Positions 1 to 14,882 of a stretch of 64,000 nt of DNA are shown piece after piece (positions within the stretch are counted from its first letter, which is position 1; every line of letters starts with the position of its first letter). The position numbers were made by a program, and so were the translations under genes. The notes under the pieces are model-generated. The model was not told the DNA's origin and did no database searches. It saw only the letters and a list, made by a program, of their open reading frames with translations. The stretch is from Eledone cirrhosa (Eukaryota): contig OZ024745.1 in the NCBI GenBank assembly GCA_964016885.1, positions 107,880,001-107,944,000 on the forward strand. Reading direction: 5' to 3'.

Positions 1-386
1 TGAATAATCTTGAGGAGACTTTAGTTTGGAGGCAAACGCCACGCAACAAGCTAGAGAGATGAGACAAAGGAAGCTGAATTGTTTCTGATATTTTTAGCAA
101 AAGGTTACCCCTTATTGAGCAGACCTATAATGGTCTCTGATTTAGGCATAAGACCAACATTTTTTTTTTTTTGCGCGCGCGCGGATCAATTAAATCGACC
201 CAGTTCGCTACTGGTACGTTATTTCATCGACCCCGTAAGGATGAAAGGCAAAGCTAACCTCGACAGAATTTGAACACAGATCGTAAAGGGTCGTAACTAT
301 ATGCCACAAGGTATGTTGTCTGACGATCATGCAGAAGAATTCAGTTTATTTGAATCTTCCATCATTTTATTGGTTACTTTTTTACT

Positions 387-442
387 GCTTTATATATTTC
401 GATCATATCTTTTATGTAATAGATATGACCTCATCAGACAGC
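387..442 (-). ncRNA. Minimal type I hammerhead ribozyme motif
   Basis: Minus strand reads gctgt CTGATGA ggtcatatct-attacataaa-agatatgatc GAAA tata TA aagc: intact core, 10-bp stem II, palindromic stem III, weak stem I. Confidence 0.7.
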
Positions 443-637
443 TATTGCGTAATCATTTATTTAATGCGTGATGTGTCCTATGTATGTTTTGATGTTATTT
501 GTCTATGACGTGGTATATACATATATATATATATACATATATAAGGTTATATCTATATACATACAGAGCGTGTAGCAGTAGCTTCAACACTGTATATATA
601 AATATATAAACACGCACACACACATACACACACGCGC

Positions 638-751
<114 letters not shown>

Positions 752-976
752 GAGACTGTCTGTCTGTCTGTCCGATCATTAAAACTCGACAACCACCCAA
801 CCGATTGTTTTCAAACTTTTCACATGTAATACTTATGGTCCTGTGAGTGTTTTGAGCAAAAGAAATTTCAAATTTCCAATGCCCTAGGGACTGCATTAGG
901 CGATTTAGCGATCTCTCTCTCTATAATTCTTAGTCTTTCTTTTTAGATAGATCCATAGATATAACGTTGCGCCCTT

Positions 977-1167
977 ATAATTGTTTCTACTTTAGGCACA
1001 AGGCCAGCAATTACCCAGTGCATTACTGGTACTTTATTTTATCGACCCCGTAAGGATGAAAGGCAAAGTCAACCTCGGCGGGATTTGAACTCAGATCGTA
1101 AAGGGACGTAACCATGCTGGAAAGCATGGCGTCCGACCCTCTACCGATACTGCCAATCCACCGCCCT
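977..1167 (-). mobile_element. tRNA-derived SINE, near full length (main family)
   Basis: Minus strand has A box TGGCAGTATCGG, B box GTTCAAATCC, central domain GTTGACTTTGCCTTTCATCCTTACGGGGTCGATAAAATAAAGTACC and tail GTAGAAACAATTAT; flanked by the repeat CCTTATAAT. Other copies lie near 185-325, 6010-6200, 9985-10150, 17745-17965, 29745-30018, 35335-35490, 40860-41035, 45947-46140, 57930-58280, 59745-59935, 60420-60530 and 63520-63870. Confidence 0.9.
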
Positions 1168-1324
1168 TATAATATCTGTCTGTATGTCTGGCTGTCTGCA
1201 TTACGACATTATGACGCTATATGTGTGTGTAGATATGTATATATAATGTGTGTATATATATACGTAGTGTGTAATGTTTTTTCGAAATATTTACTTCTGC
1301 GCGTTCACAGATTGATTTTTTTTA

Positions 1325-1373
1325 GTTTCAGAAGATCCCGTTAAGGGTGAAAGCAGAGATTCTTTGCTTAAAC
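1325..1373 (+). ncRNA. Degenerate hammerhead motif (core CAGAAGA)
   Basis: gttt CAGAAGA tccc-gttaa-gggt GAAA gc..gc TT aaac; related truncated copy at 27259-27310. Confidence 0.45.
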
Positions 1374-1385
1374 TTTAATCTGTTA

Positions 1386-1460
<75 letters not shown>

Positions 1461-1671
1461 GTGTACAGATATTTTTGCATACACAATAACAAAATATAAA
1501 CAAACGTATTTATTTCCCGAGGCTCGATAAGGATAAATATGTATCAAATATATAAGAACCCTAGAGCAAATCTCGAGCAACGCTGGGCCATTCTGCTAGT
1601 AGTTAATAAAGGAAACAAAACAAGACAAACAATACAGTTATATTAGGTTCACGTTTGTAGGAAATGGAGAA

Positions 1672-1710
1672 GGGTTTAACGTTTCGGACAGAAGTCCTTC
1701 ATCAGGAAAG
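1672..1710 (-). ncRNA. Minimal hammerhead ribozyme motif
   Basis: Minus strand: CTGATGA a ggac-ttct-gtcc GAAA CG TT, with poor stem I; a related decayed copy with GAAA>GATA is at ~22897-22933 (-). Confidence 0.55.
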
Positions 1711-1845
1711 TTTGGGTGAGGAGAGAACAGGTAGATGTACGTACGAAAGTAGGCTGTGAAAGTAAAGGAATAATTATATGTATATTTATATATGTATATA
1801 TATATATAGGAGGAGGTTATAGTTCACTTGAAGCATTGTGTAATG

Positions 1846-2277
1846 AGGTATAAACGTTTGTATATGTATAATAAACGTTTGTATATGTATAATAAAGCCA
1901 AAACAATGCAGGTATGGACATAGAATAAAGAATGCAAATGCAAACGATATTGTTGACAATTAGTCTTTTACCTTAGATTTATTTAAATATCCTTAATTTT
2001 CGAGATAATATCTCTTCTTCGGAGAGAAGTAAAGCGGTTAAACCAGTGTTCTAAATAGCTTGCCAAGTTAAAATGACTTGGCAAACTATTTAGAACACTG
2101 GTTTAACAGCTTTACTTCCCTCCGAAGAAGAGATATTATCTCGAAAATTAAGGACATTTAAATAAATCTAAGGTAAAAGACTAATTGTCAACAATATCTT
2201 TTGCATTTTCATTCTTTATTCTATGTCCATACCTGCATTGTTTTGCTTTATTATACATATACAAACGTTTATACCAT
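1846..2277. mobile_element. Fold-back element (~215-bp arms) between (TA)n tracts, PLE pLTR-like
   Basis: Imperfect inverted repeat centred ~2071; the right arm has cct CCGAAGA a gagat-att-atctc GAAA AT TA agg (2118-2153), a hammerhead-like motif. Confidence 0.7.
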
Positions 2278-3009
2278 ATATATATATATGGGGAACGGAC
2301 ATTCGATTCATGAACATCACTGTTTGTCCGTTCCCTTGTCACTTCAATTTTGGATTACCTCCTTGATTGTAACTTTATTATGTAAGACGCTGTCTGAAGA
2401 GAACATGGCAGTGGCTTCTACGTTGAATTACGTAGCCAATGTCGTCCGCGAAATATGTATCATTTCATCTGTACCTTTAACTGATGCAACTTTTTTATCC
2501 ATTTTATCAGACAGTTATATATTTGTCACAGTGGTTAGAGCTTTCTCTTCTCTGAGTTCGATCTCCGTTGGGATCTACTTTTCATTTCCTCCACTGGTCC
2601 TTTGGGAGACTATAAAGAAATTACTACCATCTCAGTGCGGTATAGTCCTCTGTCCTTCTAGGGGTCATATCCGGTACATCCAGAAGGATCAAAGAAAGTG
2701 TGGGGGGGTGAGGGTGGGAGGGTGTGTGAGTCGGCTTGTAACTGCATGGGCCTCTATAACTCTTAGCCAAAACATGTTACATACAGTGAAGTCATACTTG
2801 ATTACGGGTGACGATCGAATTAATATATATTTGATACATCCTACTGGTAAAGCTCAACCATACCAATATCATTGAGGTCTAGTGTCGGCTAAGAATATGT
2901 TTTATATTAATAGTCAGGTATTTATAACGTTTAAATAGAATATTAGTAACTGAGAAAGTTAATCTAACCCAAATCATAATATGCGGGTAGGAGTAGATGC
3001 ATTTGTATA

Positions 3010-3580
<571 letters not shown>

Positions 3581-3716
3581 TGCATTCTTTTACACGAATA
3601 CTCATTTATATTATTGCATGTGTAAATGTCTGTGTATAAATTTAACTATAAATAGACGTCGTTGAGTGTATTTCTAACATGTATATATATACATGTATTT
3701 CTAACATGTATATATA

Positions 3717-3808
3717 TTGTTGGAGACGCAGGACATGGCAGCGATAATGAGGGACAGAGACCGCTGGAGAGAACTCGTCCATGGATCTCGGGAATTGTAC
3801 CCGCCATA
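3717..3808 (+). mobile_element. 3' tip of an RTE-type LINE
   Basis: LETQDMAAIMRDRDRWRELV resembles RTE ORF C-termini (compare 48344-48545). Confidence 0.5.
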
Positions 3809-3861
3809 TATACACACACATATATATATATATACCTACATATATATGTATACGTGTATAT

Positions 3862-3892
<31 letters not shown>

Positions 3893-3925
3893 CATTATTT
3901 CTCTCTATATATGTATGTATGAGTG

Positions 3926-3961
<36 letters not shown>

Positions 3962-4002
3962 TGTGTATCCGTATGTCTGCGAAATAACGACTTGTGTGAG
4001 TG

Positions 4003-4027
<25 letters not shown>

Positions 4028-4033
<6 letters not shown>

Positions 4034-4873
4034 AAAATAGTAAAAACTACATACTGCAAAGAAAGTTAAAATATAACCACCCCACCGCTTCACCTAGAAT
4101 AAACTGAAGTTAATTTTGGCCAAGAACGGCTGTAATTTGTCTGTTCGGAAAGGCAGATGAAAGCTTAATTACTTCAAGAGGTTGCCTAAACAAAGTGTGA
4201 CAACTTTGACCTAGACTAAAGGTTCCCATTTGTTAGACTAGAATCTCATTTGTATTTTACAGATGTTCAAACGGAGCCACATTTCTTTGTAAAAGTCATA
4301 GAAATTTAGAAAGAATTGTAGAGAAGCGACCGTTCAATGTGTCTTAAGTTCCACCAAACGGAAGAAAACCCTTATTTTTTCCAGCTCTTATCTTTCCCCT
4401 TTTGGTGGTGTTTGTATTCTTCTTACAAATTCGAATGAAAAAGAAATAGTCGTTATTTCTTTTTCATTCGAATTTGTAAGAAGAATACAAACACCACCAA
4501 AAGGGGAAAGATAAGAGCTGGAAAAAATAAGGGTTTTCTTCCGTTTGGTGGAACTTAAGACACATTGAACGGTCGCTTCTCTACAATTCTTTCTAAATTT
4601 CTATGACTTTTACAAAGAAATGTGGCTCCGTTTGAACATCTGTAAAATACAAATGAGATTCTAGTCTAACAAATGGGAACCTTTAGTCTAGGTCAAAGTT
4701 GTCACACTTTGTTTAGGCAACCTCTTGAAGTAATTAAGCTTTCATCTGCCTTTCCGAACAGACAAATTACAGCCGTTCTTGGCCAAAATTAACTTCAGTT
4801 TATTCTAGGTGAAGCGGTGGGGTGGTTATATTTTAACTTTCTTTGCAGTATGTAGTTTTTACTATTTTTCTTT
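4028..4873. repeat. Near-perfect palindrome, ~420-bp arms with a 5-bp loop
   Basis: Apex aagaaata-gtcgt-tatttctt at 4449-4453; the left arm starts at a (TA)n tract. Confidence 0.9.
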
Positions 4874-6259
4874 CTTCTGGTTCTATTTTGTTAATTGCTT
4901 CTTTATTTATTTCTTTTATCCTAACGTATCTAAACAATAACAACTAAAACCGACGGTGCTTCTTCTATTTCATTTGAGGCTCCCTTTAAATCTATAGAAT
5001 CTTTAGAACTTAGAATATCCATTAGTAGAAAATAAAAGCTTGGGTTTTGTAAGATGTAGATGTATATTTTTTGACTGGATTCAATATATGCAGAACGTAA
5101 AATCAACTGTACAACAGTCTATTTCTTTAGAAGTTTTCGCATGCCGAAAACTCCTGTTCAATTATTGTGTGGTTATGATTACTTGTAAGAGTCAAGAATG
5201 TCTGCCAGCTAAATAAGCAGAACTATAACGTCAAATGTTCTAGCATTCGTAACATGAATACAACCATCAGTAACACCAAACAAGAATTAATGATGCACAT
5301 ATTGCATAACTGTGCAGCAAAACATATTTTCATAATTCCTACACTGATATATCATATTTACAACTGATCTCAGTAAATATTTTCCAACTGTTCTTGTACA
5401 ATAAAAACTATTGAGTTATCTTTCAGTGTTATTAATTATGAGAAAGAATAGCATCTGAAAATACTATAGAAATAATATTCTTCTTGAGAGTAATCATAGT
5501 CATTTGTATCAGAACAGTTATTTTAAATGGGAAATAGAAGAGAATAGTAAATAATCTCGTAGCATTTCATTTATTCGAGTCTTTCGTTTTTGTTCTATTT
5601 TTTCTTTCCTTCTTTTCAAAGGTGATTAATAACATTAGTATGTTCAAACAATGGCGATCTCCACAAAGCAGTGTTAAGTTTCCGGAGAACCGAGTCAGCA
5701 ATATGATTTTGATATCCGATTAAAGACATTTGCACTATTATTTCTTTCACTTACTTCTCTAAAGCTACTTAGAAAAGTATAAACGTCTCTATATCTTGTG
5801 TCTCAGTCTTCTGCAAACTCAAATCCTCTTACTTATGTAATAAATCAATATAAATAGAATCCGAGTACTTGAAGGGTTGATGTTATCTTTTCATTCATAA
5901 ACTGAGATTATTTCTCGTCGGTGACTCGAGCAAAGTATCGATTATTCAATTTTCAGTTTGACCAACCCAAATTACATAATAACACACGAAGGCTCAATGA
6001 TTTGTTACTAATAATTGTTTCTACTTTTGACACGAGGCCAGCAATTATCGCAGTGCATTACTGGTACTTTATTTTATCGACCCCGTAAGGATGAAAGGCA
6101 AACCTAACCTCGGTGGGATTTAAACTCAGAACGTAAAGGGCCATAACTCTATGCTGAAAAGTATGGTGTCTGACGCTCTACCGATACTGCCAATCCACCG
6201 TGTTCGTTATTAGTTTGCTACTAATAATCTTTAACTGGCAGTGAAATAAGAGTCCCATA

Positions 6260-6313
<54 letters not shown>

Positions 6314-6317
6314 GTAT

Positions 6318-6399
<82 letters not shown>

Positions 6400-6611
6400 G
6401 TATATATATATATAAATGGAATAGAATGAAACGAAATTTCATTTCTCATTCTTAGACAAACCGAGCATTATAATAAATGCTCGGTAAACCGAAACGTGCA
6501 TATATATATATGTGTGCATGTATGTATATATATATACATACTAATGTACGTCTGTATACATATATGTATGTACGTATACATACATACATACTTACATTTA
6601 TATATATATAT

Positions 6612-6668
<57 letters not shown>

Positions 6669-6669
<1 letters not shown>

Positions 6670-7061
6670 GAGGGCAATCCCAAAAGTAAGGTCTCCAAAG
6701 TAATGGGGACGCAGAGAAACTGTTCGTTCGGCTGTTGGCAACACTGTTGTGATTGGTGCTTCCTTCACTCCCAAACAAGCATGCACGCGCTTCGCTGGGA
6801 TGCTCAATCTTGGCTTGGCAGCCGTTGAGAATGGAGCTCCCGTTGAACGCTACTACCAAGTGCGAATTTCGCGCAGTTATTATATAGAGGGCAATCCCAA
6901 ATGTAAGGTCTCCTTCCGAGGAAAACATGCGTAAAGATCGGCGGATCACTCTGGATGCTCTCTGCATTTTGGTTCCTGAGGTTTCCCGAAGCACCATCCA
7001 CAGGATTTTAACGGAAAAGTTGCAATATCGGAAGGAGACCTTACTTTTTGGATTGTCCTCG
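6669..7061 (+). mobile_element. Internally deleted mariner element with a duplicated left TIR
   Basis: TIR CGAGGGCAATCCCAAAAGTAAGGTCTCC at 6669, a second copy at ~6887 and an inverted copy ending 7061|TA; remnant [31 protein letters not shown] is a mariner HTH. Confidence 0.8.
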
Positions 7062-7068
7062 TACATAC

Positions 7069-7169
<101 letters not shown>

Positions 7170-7224
7170 ACCTAATAAAATTATATTTGTACTGCCTCTC
7201 TGTTTTTGTTCCTGTCTAAGATAT

Positions 7225-7269
<45 letters not shown>

Positions 7270-7271
<2 letters not shown>

Positions 7272-7567
7272 GGAGGTGAGTTTTATTGTAGTACAATAAA
7301 GCAATGCAGATATCGGATAAGAAGCACTCTATAGTTTGTAGGACTGGAGTATACATAATATATAAGAACAAAAGATGGTTAAAGGAGTTCCATGTATTTT
7401 ATTATGCGCATTTCAAAAACAAATATCATCATGCAATAATATTTGTGTTTTCATCAGATGTGTTTTATCTGATGAAAACACAAATATTATTGCATGATGA
7501 TATTTGTTTTTGAAATGCGCATAATAAAATACATGGAACTCCTTTAACCATCTTTTGTTCTTATATA
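7270..7567 (-). mobile_element. Family A pLTR-like fold-back element in (TA)n
   Basis: Long arm 7270-7459, apex ~7460-7466, short inverted arm to 7567; other copies at 24600-24770 and 43366-43800. Confidence 0.8.
7463..7529 (+). ncRNA. Type I hammerhead ribozyme (family A)
   Basis: tttat CTGATGA [long stem II aaacacaaatattat..gatatttgttttt] GAAA TGCGCA TA ataaa; palindromic stem III. Confidence 0.8.
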
Positions 7568-7789
7568 TATGTATGTATATATGTATGTATTTTTTCTTGC
7601 AAGTCAGTTCTTTTGTTGCTACGGTCCACGCGGCTGAATTACCGGTCGCTATCTTCAATTTGCAAAGCCCTTTAAATAGTATGTTATTACTCTAAGGTTT
7701 TATACCTTATCGACTGCTTGGCTGCACTTCTGAATGCATTCGTCGGCTTAGCTGCGGCTCGAGCTTCGAATATGCTATACTTCCATTTT

Positions 7790-7825
<36 letters not shown>

Positions 7826-7832
7826 TAGATAT

Positions 7833-8280
7833 ATTTCTTTATTAGCCACAGGGGCACAAAAGAAGGGGACAAATACAAAGGGGGAAGTTTACATACAATA
7901 AAAACGTGTAAAATGTTATCACAGATGGAATTTAAAAGTTAGTCGATTTTCCCCAATAGAGGGAGACAGTTTATATGGGTAACACAGACCCCCGAAAAAA
8001 AAGTGCAACCCTCATCTCCAGGAGTACGAAGAGCTTGTACTCCTTTCCTCTCCTCCTCCTTTTCCTCAATCTACAGGCTGATATAGAGAGAAGGCCCATT
8101 CACTCGGGCCATTCTCGCCACTTTCACCCACCTTTCATAAAACTTGCTGGGGTACAGCACCTCTCTCTCCATCCTGATTCTTCTTCCAAAGTGGTATTTG
8201 AAAAAAAGAATCAGTTGTTGGCCGGAGAGAAAGGTGTCTGACCTCAGCCCTTTCAACCTTGTCCACCATACAACCTCTTT

Positions 8281-8281
<1 letters not shown>
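7833..8281 (-). mobile_element. 5'-truncated Tx1/L1-clade LINE 3' end in GATA repeats
   Basis: Minus-strand KEVVWWTRLKGL...ERWVKVARM ORF2 C-terminus, 3' UTR and AATAAA; near-identical copies at 21879-22251 and 47501-47827. Confidence 0.7.
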
Positions 8282-8367
<86 letters not shown>

Positions 8368-9397
8368 ACAGTAGCAGACTAGACTACAGATATACAACTG
8401 ATTGAGTCTCCAAAAATAGGAAACACATGTTCAAGTATTTATTCATGTTCTGGGGAATTACACGCAAGTGTCAATTTGATTAGAAATAATACTTTATTTC
8501 TATTTGTAATATTGAATATGTGGGTATTCAAGAGACATCATTATAATGTGGAATAACTTAGGTACCGTGTTCTGAGAATTTTAACCGATCATATTGCGCC
8601 CCCAATACTTATTCTGGTATTTATTTTATCGATTCGTATTTGTAGAAGTTGAAGGGTGTATATTTTGATGAAAGTAAGGGAAATAATACATAAGTGCGTG
8701 TATGTGTATGTGTGTGTGTGTGTGTGTTGTATATATTATATATATGTGTGTGTGTATGCGAAATGTAAACAATAAACCACAGTACAATGAAGATATATAA
8801 TAGTTTAACGCTTGATATAGTAAGAAAAGAGTCTTTTCTGACGCTTCGCCGTTTCATAAGAATACAGAATGAGAAATGCAAGAAGAAAAATAAAGTGTCA
8901 AATTTATTCAAAAGCAAAAAGCAAACCTTATTTAGTAAGAAAAATTTTAAAAAGGGGAAACAAAAGGGAAACAAGAACAGGGAAATATAGAGAAAAAAAA
9001 ATGAGAGAAAGAAAGAAGAAAAGGAATAGAAAATGGAGTGGGTGACAAGAGCTCTGGTGTCGTAGAAGAGAGGGGGGTGAAGAGGGAGAGTGATTGGGCT
9101 TTTGGCCTAGGGCAAGAGGGTAGAAGTGCTGCGCCCCGCGGACAAGACGGCAAAAGCATTCCCTCGGACAATGGTCAGTGATACCCGCTGCAACAGCCAC
9201 CCAACCTCGCGGCGCTCCCTCCTCAAGAAGAAATATATACGCAATATCAGTGGTGCGAAGACCGGGAAGAACACAAATCAGGGTAGTACTCAATACATGA
9301 TGAAATGGAGATTGACTACATTGAAGAATTAGTATCTCCACTATGAGCCCTGTGGATTCAGCTTGTCTTCTCAAACTTTCTCAAGGGTAGAGGAGCC

Positions 9398-9476
<79 letters not shown>

Positions 9477-9561
9477 CTTTCTCTTACTCTCTTTCTCTAA
9501 CTCACTCTCTCGCTCCCCATCGATCTCTATCTCTTCCTCTTTAAGTGTGTAAATGTTATAC

Positions 9562-9631
<70 letters not shown>

Positions 9632-10146
9632 GGTTCTTTTGCAATTATGCAAACGAGCCTCTTTGTTAAAGCCATGTCAGTAAAATGAGCCCCTGATTCT
9701 TCCTATTCTGTTGGCATGTAAACAGAACTGCAGACACTAATATTTCTAGGTATTACCCTTCATCAGTACAGTTCGCTGTTCAGCTGCCAACTGTCAGTAC
9801 TAGTGAAAACAGTTCTGTTTACATGCCGACACAAGAGCAAGAATGGGGCGGTCATTCTACTGACATGGCTTTAAAAATGAGGCTTGTTTGCATAAATCGC
9901 AAACGAACTGAATATTATTATTAATATTCGAAAAATTCAGATGACATTTATTGTATTCAGCCATGTAGAACGAAATTGTTATTAGGGTCGGACGCCATGC
10001 TTTCCAGCATAGTTACGTCCCTTTACGATCTGAGTTCAAATCCCGCCGAGGTTGACTTTGCCTTTCATCCTTACGGGAGTCGATAAAATAAAGTACCAGT
10101 AATGCACTGGATAATTGCTGGCCTTGTGCCTATAGTAGAAACAATT

Positions 10147-10251
<105 letters not shown>

Positions 10252-10277
10252 TGTAATAAACAACATAAGGCAATTAT

Positions 10278-10336
10278 TCCATTTACCAGTGGTTTCTTAA
10301 AATCAAAAGATGTTGCTTTCAATCATCAGAATGAAA
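10278..10336 (-). ncRNA. Type I hammerhead ribozyme in the fold-back element at 10246-10500
   Basis: ttcatt CTGATGA ttgaaa..ttttaa GAAA CCA-C-TGG TA aatgga; the copy at 27028-27087 (+) has lost U16.1. Confidence 0.75.
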
Positions 10337-10494
10337 AAATCCTGGTCTGTTTATTGAATTTGGATTTTTCAAATCCAAATTCAATAAAATGGAATAATTG
10401 CCTTATGTTGTTTATTACATAACTATTAAGCTCTGTTACCTACATAGAGCACTCTTTTTTCCTGGACTATTCCGACGGAATTACTTCATTTATT

Positions 10495-10551
<57 letters not shown>

Positions 10552-10740
10552 TTCTTATTTGTTTGACCCGAATTACTTGGTCGTTTCTATGGTTGTGCGG
10601 ATGACCGTTTAACCATCGTCTCAGTGTGTTTGGCCTTTAATGTATGTTGTAGCTCTGGTTCGTCAGAATTATTGAGCGCTTGCCACACATCTCGGAAGTT
10701 GTTTTTCGCAAATTCCAAAGCCGAAATACGATTCTCGCTA

Positions 10741-10814
<74 letters not shown>

Positions 10815-10816
<2 letters not shown>

Positions 10817-10990
10817 CGAAGGAGGTGTGGTAAAGAACCAAATGGACCATAACGCACCAGAGTACTCAATACTTAGGATAGTAGAGTGGGTAATAGGAAA
10901 ATGTTAGACCCCGACAGCAGAGCTCTAGCCGAGTCCAGAAATAGCCGTCGAAACGGCTTGAGCTCTGCCGTCGGGGTCTAACATTTTCCT
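10815..10990 (-). mobile_element. Family B short fold-back element in (TA)n (about 9 copies)
   Basis: Shared body ttacccactctactaccctaagtattgagtac...ccttcgtta plus hairpin head gccgtcGAAAcggc..gccgTCggggt; copies at 11139-11277, 13955-14149, 27346-27490, 27522-27687, 35084-35254, 36058-36246, 50100-50293 and 50986-51140. Confidence 0.85.
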
Positions 10991-11078
10991 ATATATATAT
11001 ATATATACATACGTGTAAGTTGTTATATGATGGGCCCACGAAATCTGAACCGCCCCGGGCCCCCTAATGTCTAAATCT

Positions 11079-11142
<64 letters not shown>

Positions 11143-11275
11143 AAAATGTTTCACCCCGACGGAAGAGCTCTGCATCGAGGTCAAACATTTTCCTATTACC
11201 CACTCTACTACCTAAAGTATTGAGTACTCTGGTGCGTTATGGTCCTTCTGGTTCCTTACCATTCTTCCTTCGTTT

Positions 11276-11348
<73 letters not shown>

Positions 11349-11590
11349 AAATTTCACTCTACATGGCTGAATACAATAAATGCAATCTGAGTTTTTCGAA
11401 TATTAATAATAACATTCGATTCGTTTGCAATTTTGCAAACAAGCCTCAATTTTATAGCCATGTCAGTAGAATGAACCCTTCATTCTTGCTCTTGTGTTGG
11501 CATGTGAACAGAACTGCTGACGCTAATGTTTCTGGGTATCACCCTTCATCAGTACAGCTCACTGTTCACCTGCCAAACTGTCAGAGCTAG

Positions 11591-11767
11591 TGAAAATATA
11601 TGCTATTTTCAAAAATACACAGTGACTGATCGGCCTGATTTGAATATTAGCAGACTGGCTGATCAGTCAGATCTGCATATTAGCAGATCCACTGATCAGC
11701 CAGTCTGCTAATATGCAAATCAGGCCGATCAGTCACTGTGTATTTTTGAAAATAGCATATATTTTCA
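11591..11767. repeat. Nested palindrome ending a repeat (11345-11600) that has a related copy at 9630-9965
   Basis: tgaaaatata...cagtgactgatcggcctgattt / aaatcaggccgatcagtcactg...atattttca with internal subrepeats. Confidence 0.8.
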
Positions 11768-11769
11768 TT

Positions 11770-12050
11770 AACCTCGTCCACCATATTAGTTCTTTCGCCA
11801 TAGCCACCAGACAGAGGAAGACCGCCTCTCCTTCATTCTTAAAGGAGGGCGGTGGGGTGATCCTCACGCTGGACTCGGCTGACAACTGGGTGCGTCCTAC
11901 ACGTGATAGTAGCTGTTCAACATAATTCCACAGTTCGGTCACCCCTGGGGACTGAACAATTGCGTGCAGAACGGTTTCGATGTCCTGCTCGCATCTTGGA
12001 CAGGTCCTTTTGGCAGGATCTCTGCCAAGGCGTCCGTGTCGTGCACGTGC
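11770..12050 (-). pseudogene. Tx1/L1 ORF2 C-terminal fragment with zinc knuckle
   Basis: Minus-strand TCPRCEQDIETVLHAIVQSPGVTELWNY...AKELIWWTRL. Confidence 0.75.
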
Positions 12051-12068
12051 GTGTCTATATATATGTGC

Positions 12069-12126
<58 letters not shown>

Positions 12127-12621
12127 CATATATATATATATATTTATATATGTATGTGTGTGTGTGTGTCCTTACATATATATATATATATATATATACA
12201 TATGTACGGACTCACTCACACACACACCAACACAAACAGACATACACACACACACCAACACAAACAGACACACACACACACACACACACACACACGTATA
12301 TGTGATGTATGTCTGTATGTATGAATGTATATTATGTTATGTGAATGTATGAGGGCGTGAGTGTGACTGTAGAACCATATAACAACAAACAAGAAAGACG
12401 GAGAATAGTTTAACAGATGTGGCCAACAGAGACTGAAAAAACAATTCCCCAATTAGTATATGCGCTCCCTAATGTTTGAATAGCCTGTTCTGTATTGTAT
12501 TGATCTTAAGATGCTACCATCTGTGAAAATCTCCATCGCACCCATGCTTATACTACCCGCTTGCTATACAGTCTCTACTGTAATTGTGTAGAATATAATG
12601 CCAGTGTGTACTGTGTATATA

Positions 12622-12676
<55 letters not shown>

Positions 12677-12683
12677 ATGTATG

Positions 12684-12714
<31 letters not shown>

Positions 12715-12715
12715 G

Positions 12716-12783
<68 letters not shown>

Positions 12784-12833
12784 ATAAACTACCATTTGTA
12801 CTGCCTCTCTGTTTTTTGTTGCTGTCTAATATT

Positions 12834-12985
<152 letters not shown>

Positions 12986-13085
12986 TACACAGTATATATA
13001 TGCATATGTAGATAATCTAGCTAATGTATATATATATATGTATATAAAACGTTCATCCCCTTAACTACTGCCATGTATATATATG

Positions 13086-13120
<35 letters not shown>

Positions 13121-13186
13121 GTGTGTGTGTAATTGAGTACATGTATATTGAGGGAAACTATATATATATATATAAAGAGAGAGGGG

Positions 13187-13284
<98 letters not shown>

Positions 13285-13318
13285 CAAATACATAAACATA
13301 TATATATATATATTATAT

Positions 13319-13350
<32 letters not shown>

Positions 13351-13413
13351 CATATAATATATATATATATAAATATATTTATATATATATATATACATAC
13401 ATACAAATACATA

Positions 13414-13527
<114 letters not shown>

Positions 13528-13546
13528 TACATATACATATATATAT

Positions 13547-13584
<38 letters not shown>

Positions 13585-13603
13585 TACATATACATATATA
13601 TAT

Positions 13604-13647
<44 letters not shown>

Positions 13648-13649
13648 TA

Positions 13650-13900
13650 TATAGTGGTAGAACACTGGAAGGTAATATCCGTAGTGGTAGAGCACTCAGT
13701 CCATGGGACGAGTTAGGTAGAAGTGGTTACACAACAGTTAGTTCACCATACCGAGAACAATTGTTTCACCTTAGCGGATCCTCAGCTCGTAATGGACATG
13801 GTTATACGTATAAAGCCATATCCATTACGAGCTGAGGATCCGCTAAGGTGAAACAATTGTTCTCGGTATGGTGAACTAACTGTTGTGTAACGACTTCTAT
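13650..13900. mobile_element. Fold-back element in (TA)n with an HHR on each arm
   Basis: Arms centred ~13808; plus-strand HHR at 13826-13868 reads cgag CTGAGGA tcc-gctaa-ggt GAAA CAATTG TT ctcg. Confidence 0.8.
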
Positions 13901-14166
13901 ACATATACATACATATATAGATATACATATATATATAAAATATATATATATATATAACGAAGGAGTTGTGGTAAGGAATTAGGTTGACCATAACGCACCA
14001 GAGTACTCAATACTTAGGGGTGGTAGAGTGGGTAATAGGAAAATGCATGACCCTGACGGCAGAGCTCAATCCGTTTCGACGGCTATTGCTGGACTGAAAT
14101 AGCCGTCGAAACGGCTTGACTCTGCCGTCGGGGTTCATACATTTTTCTATATATATATTATATATA

Positions 14167-14270
<104 letters not shown>

Positions 14271-14298
14271 TATATAAAAATCATCAGGAATCCCGATA

Positions 14299-14345
14299 AT
14301 TCCTGATGATTTCTCAAGAATGAAACAGTTGTAGTCCTGTAGAAT
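14299..14345 (+). ncRNA. Type I hammerhead ribozyme (family C)
   Basis: attc CTGATGA tttc-tcaa-gaat GAAA CAG-ttgtagtc-CTG TA gaat; preceded by a short inverted copy at 14278-14291. Confidence 0.8.
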
Positions 14346-14790
14346 CTCATCTATATTAAAATTATATATATATATATATATATAACATATATATATAACA
14401 TACATATATATATATCATATCTATATATAACATGTATATATATCTACGTATGTATACATGCATATATGTATGTGTGTGTGCTTGTGTGTGTGTGTGTTTA
14501 TGTGTGTATGTAGAGAGACAGAGTGAAAGAGACATACATACAGACATCCAGATGTATACAAATACACAGATGTATAAGTGTGTATACATACATACAAATA
14601 CACAGATGTATAAGTGTGTATTTGTACATGAGATTGTGTTTGAATATTTTTGTATATGCGTAGCAGGACAATATCAGTATACGATTCTGTGTTGGAATAT
14701 GTCTGTTGTGTAATAAATAAATATATACTCTGTATACATACTGTATATATATATATATATTATATAGCAAACCGTGTCACTCTTCTTTCT

Positions 14791-14882
<92 letters not shown>

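Noticed and set aside
977-1167. tRNA gene
   Set aside because: A and B boxes are present but there is no cloverleaf; it is a multi-copy SINE head
2201-2875. 224-aa ORF, and CTGAAGA...GAAA at 2394-2462
   Set aside because: The ORF starts inside a fold-back arm and has no recognisable motif; the hammerhead-like core lacks convincing stems I and II
9030-9395. GC-richer segment with short ORFs
   Set aside because: Possibly a LINE ORF1 remnant, but there is no diagnostic motif I can support
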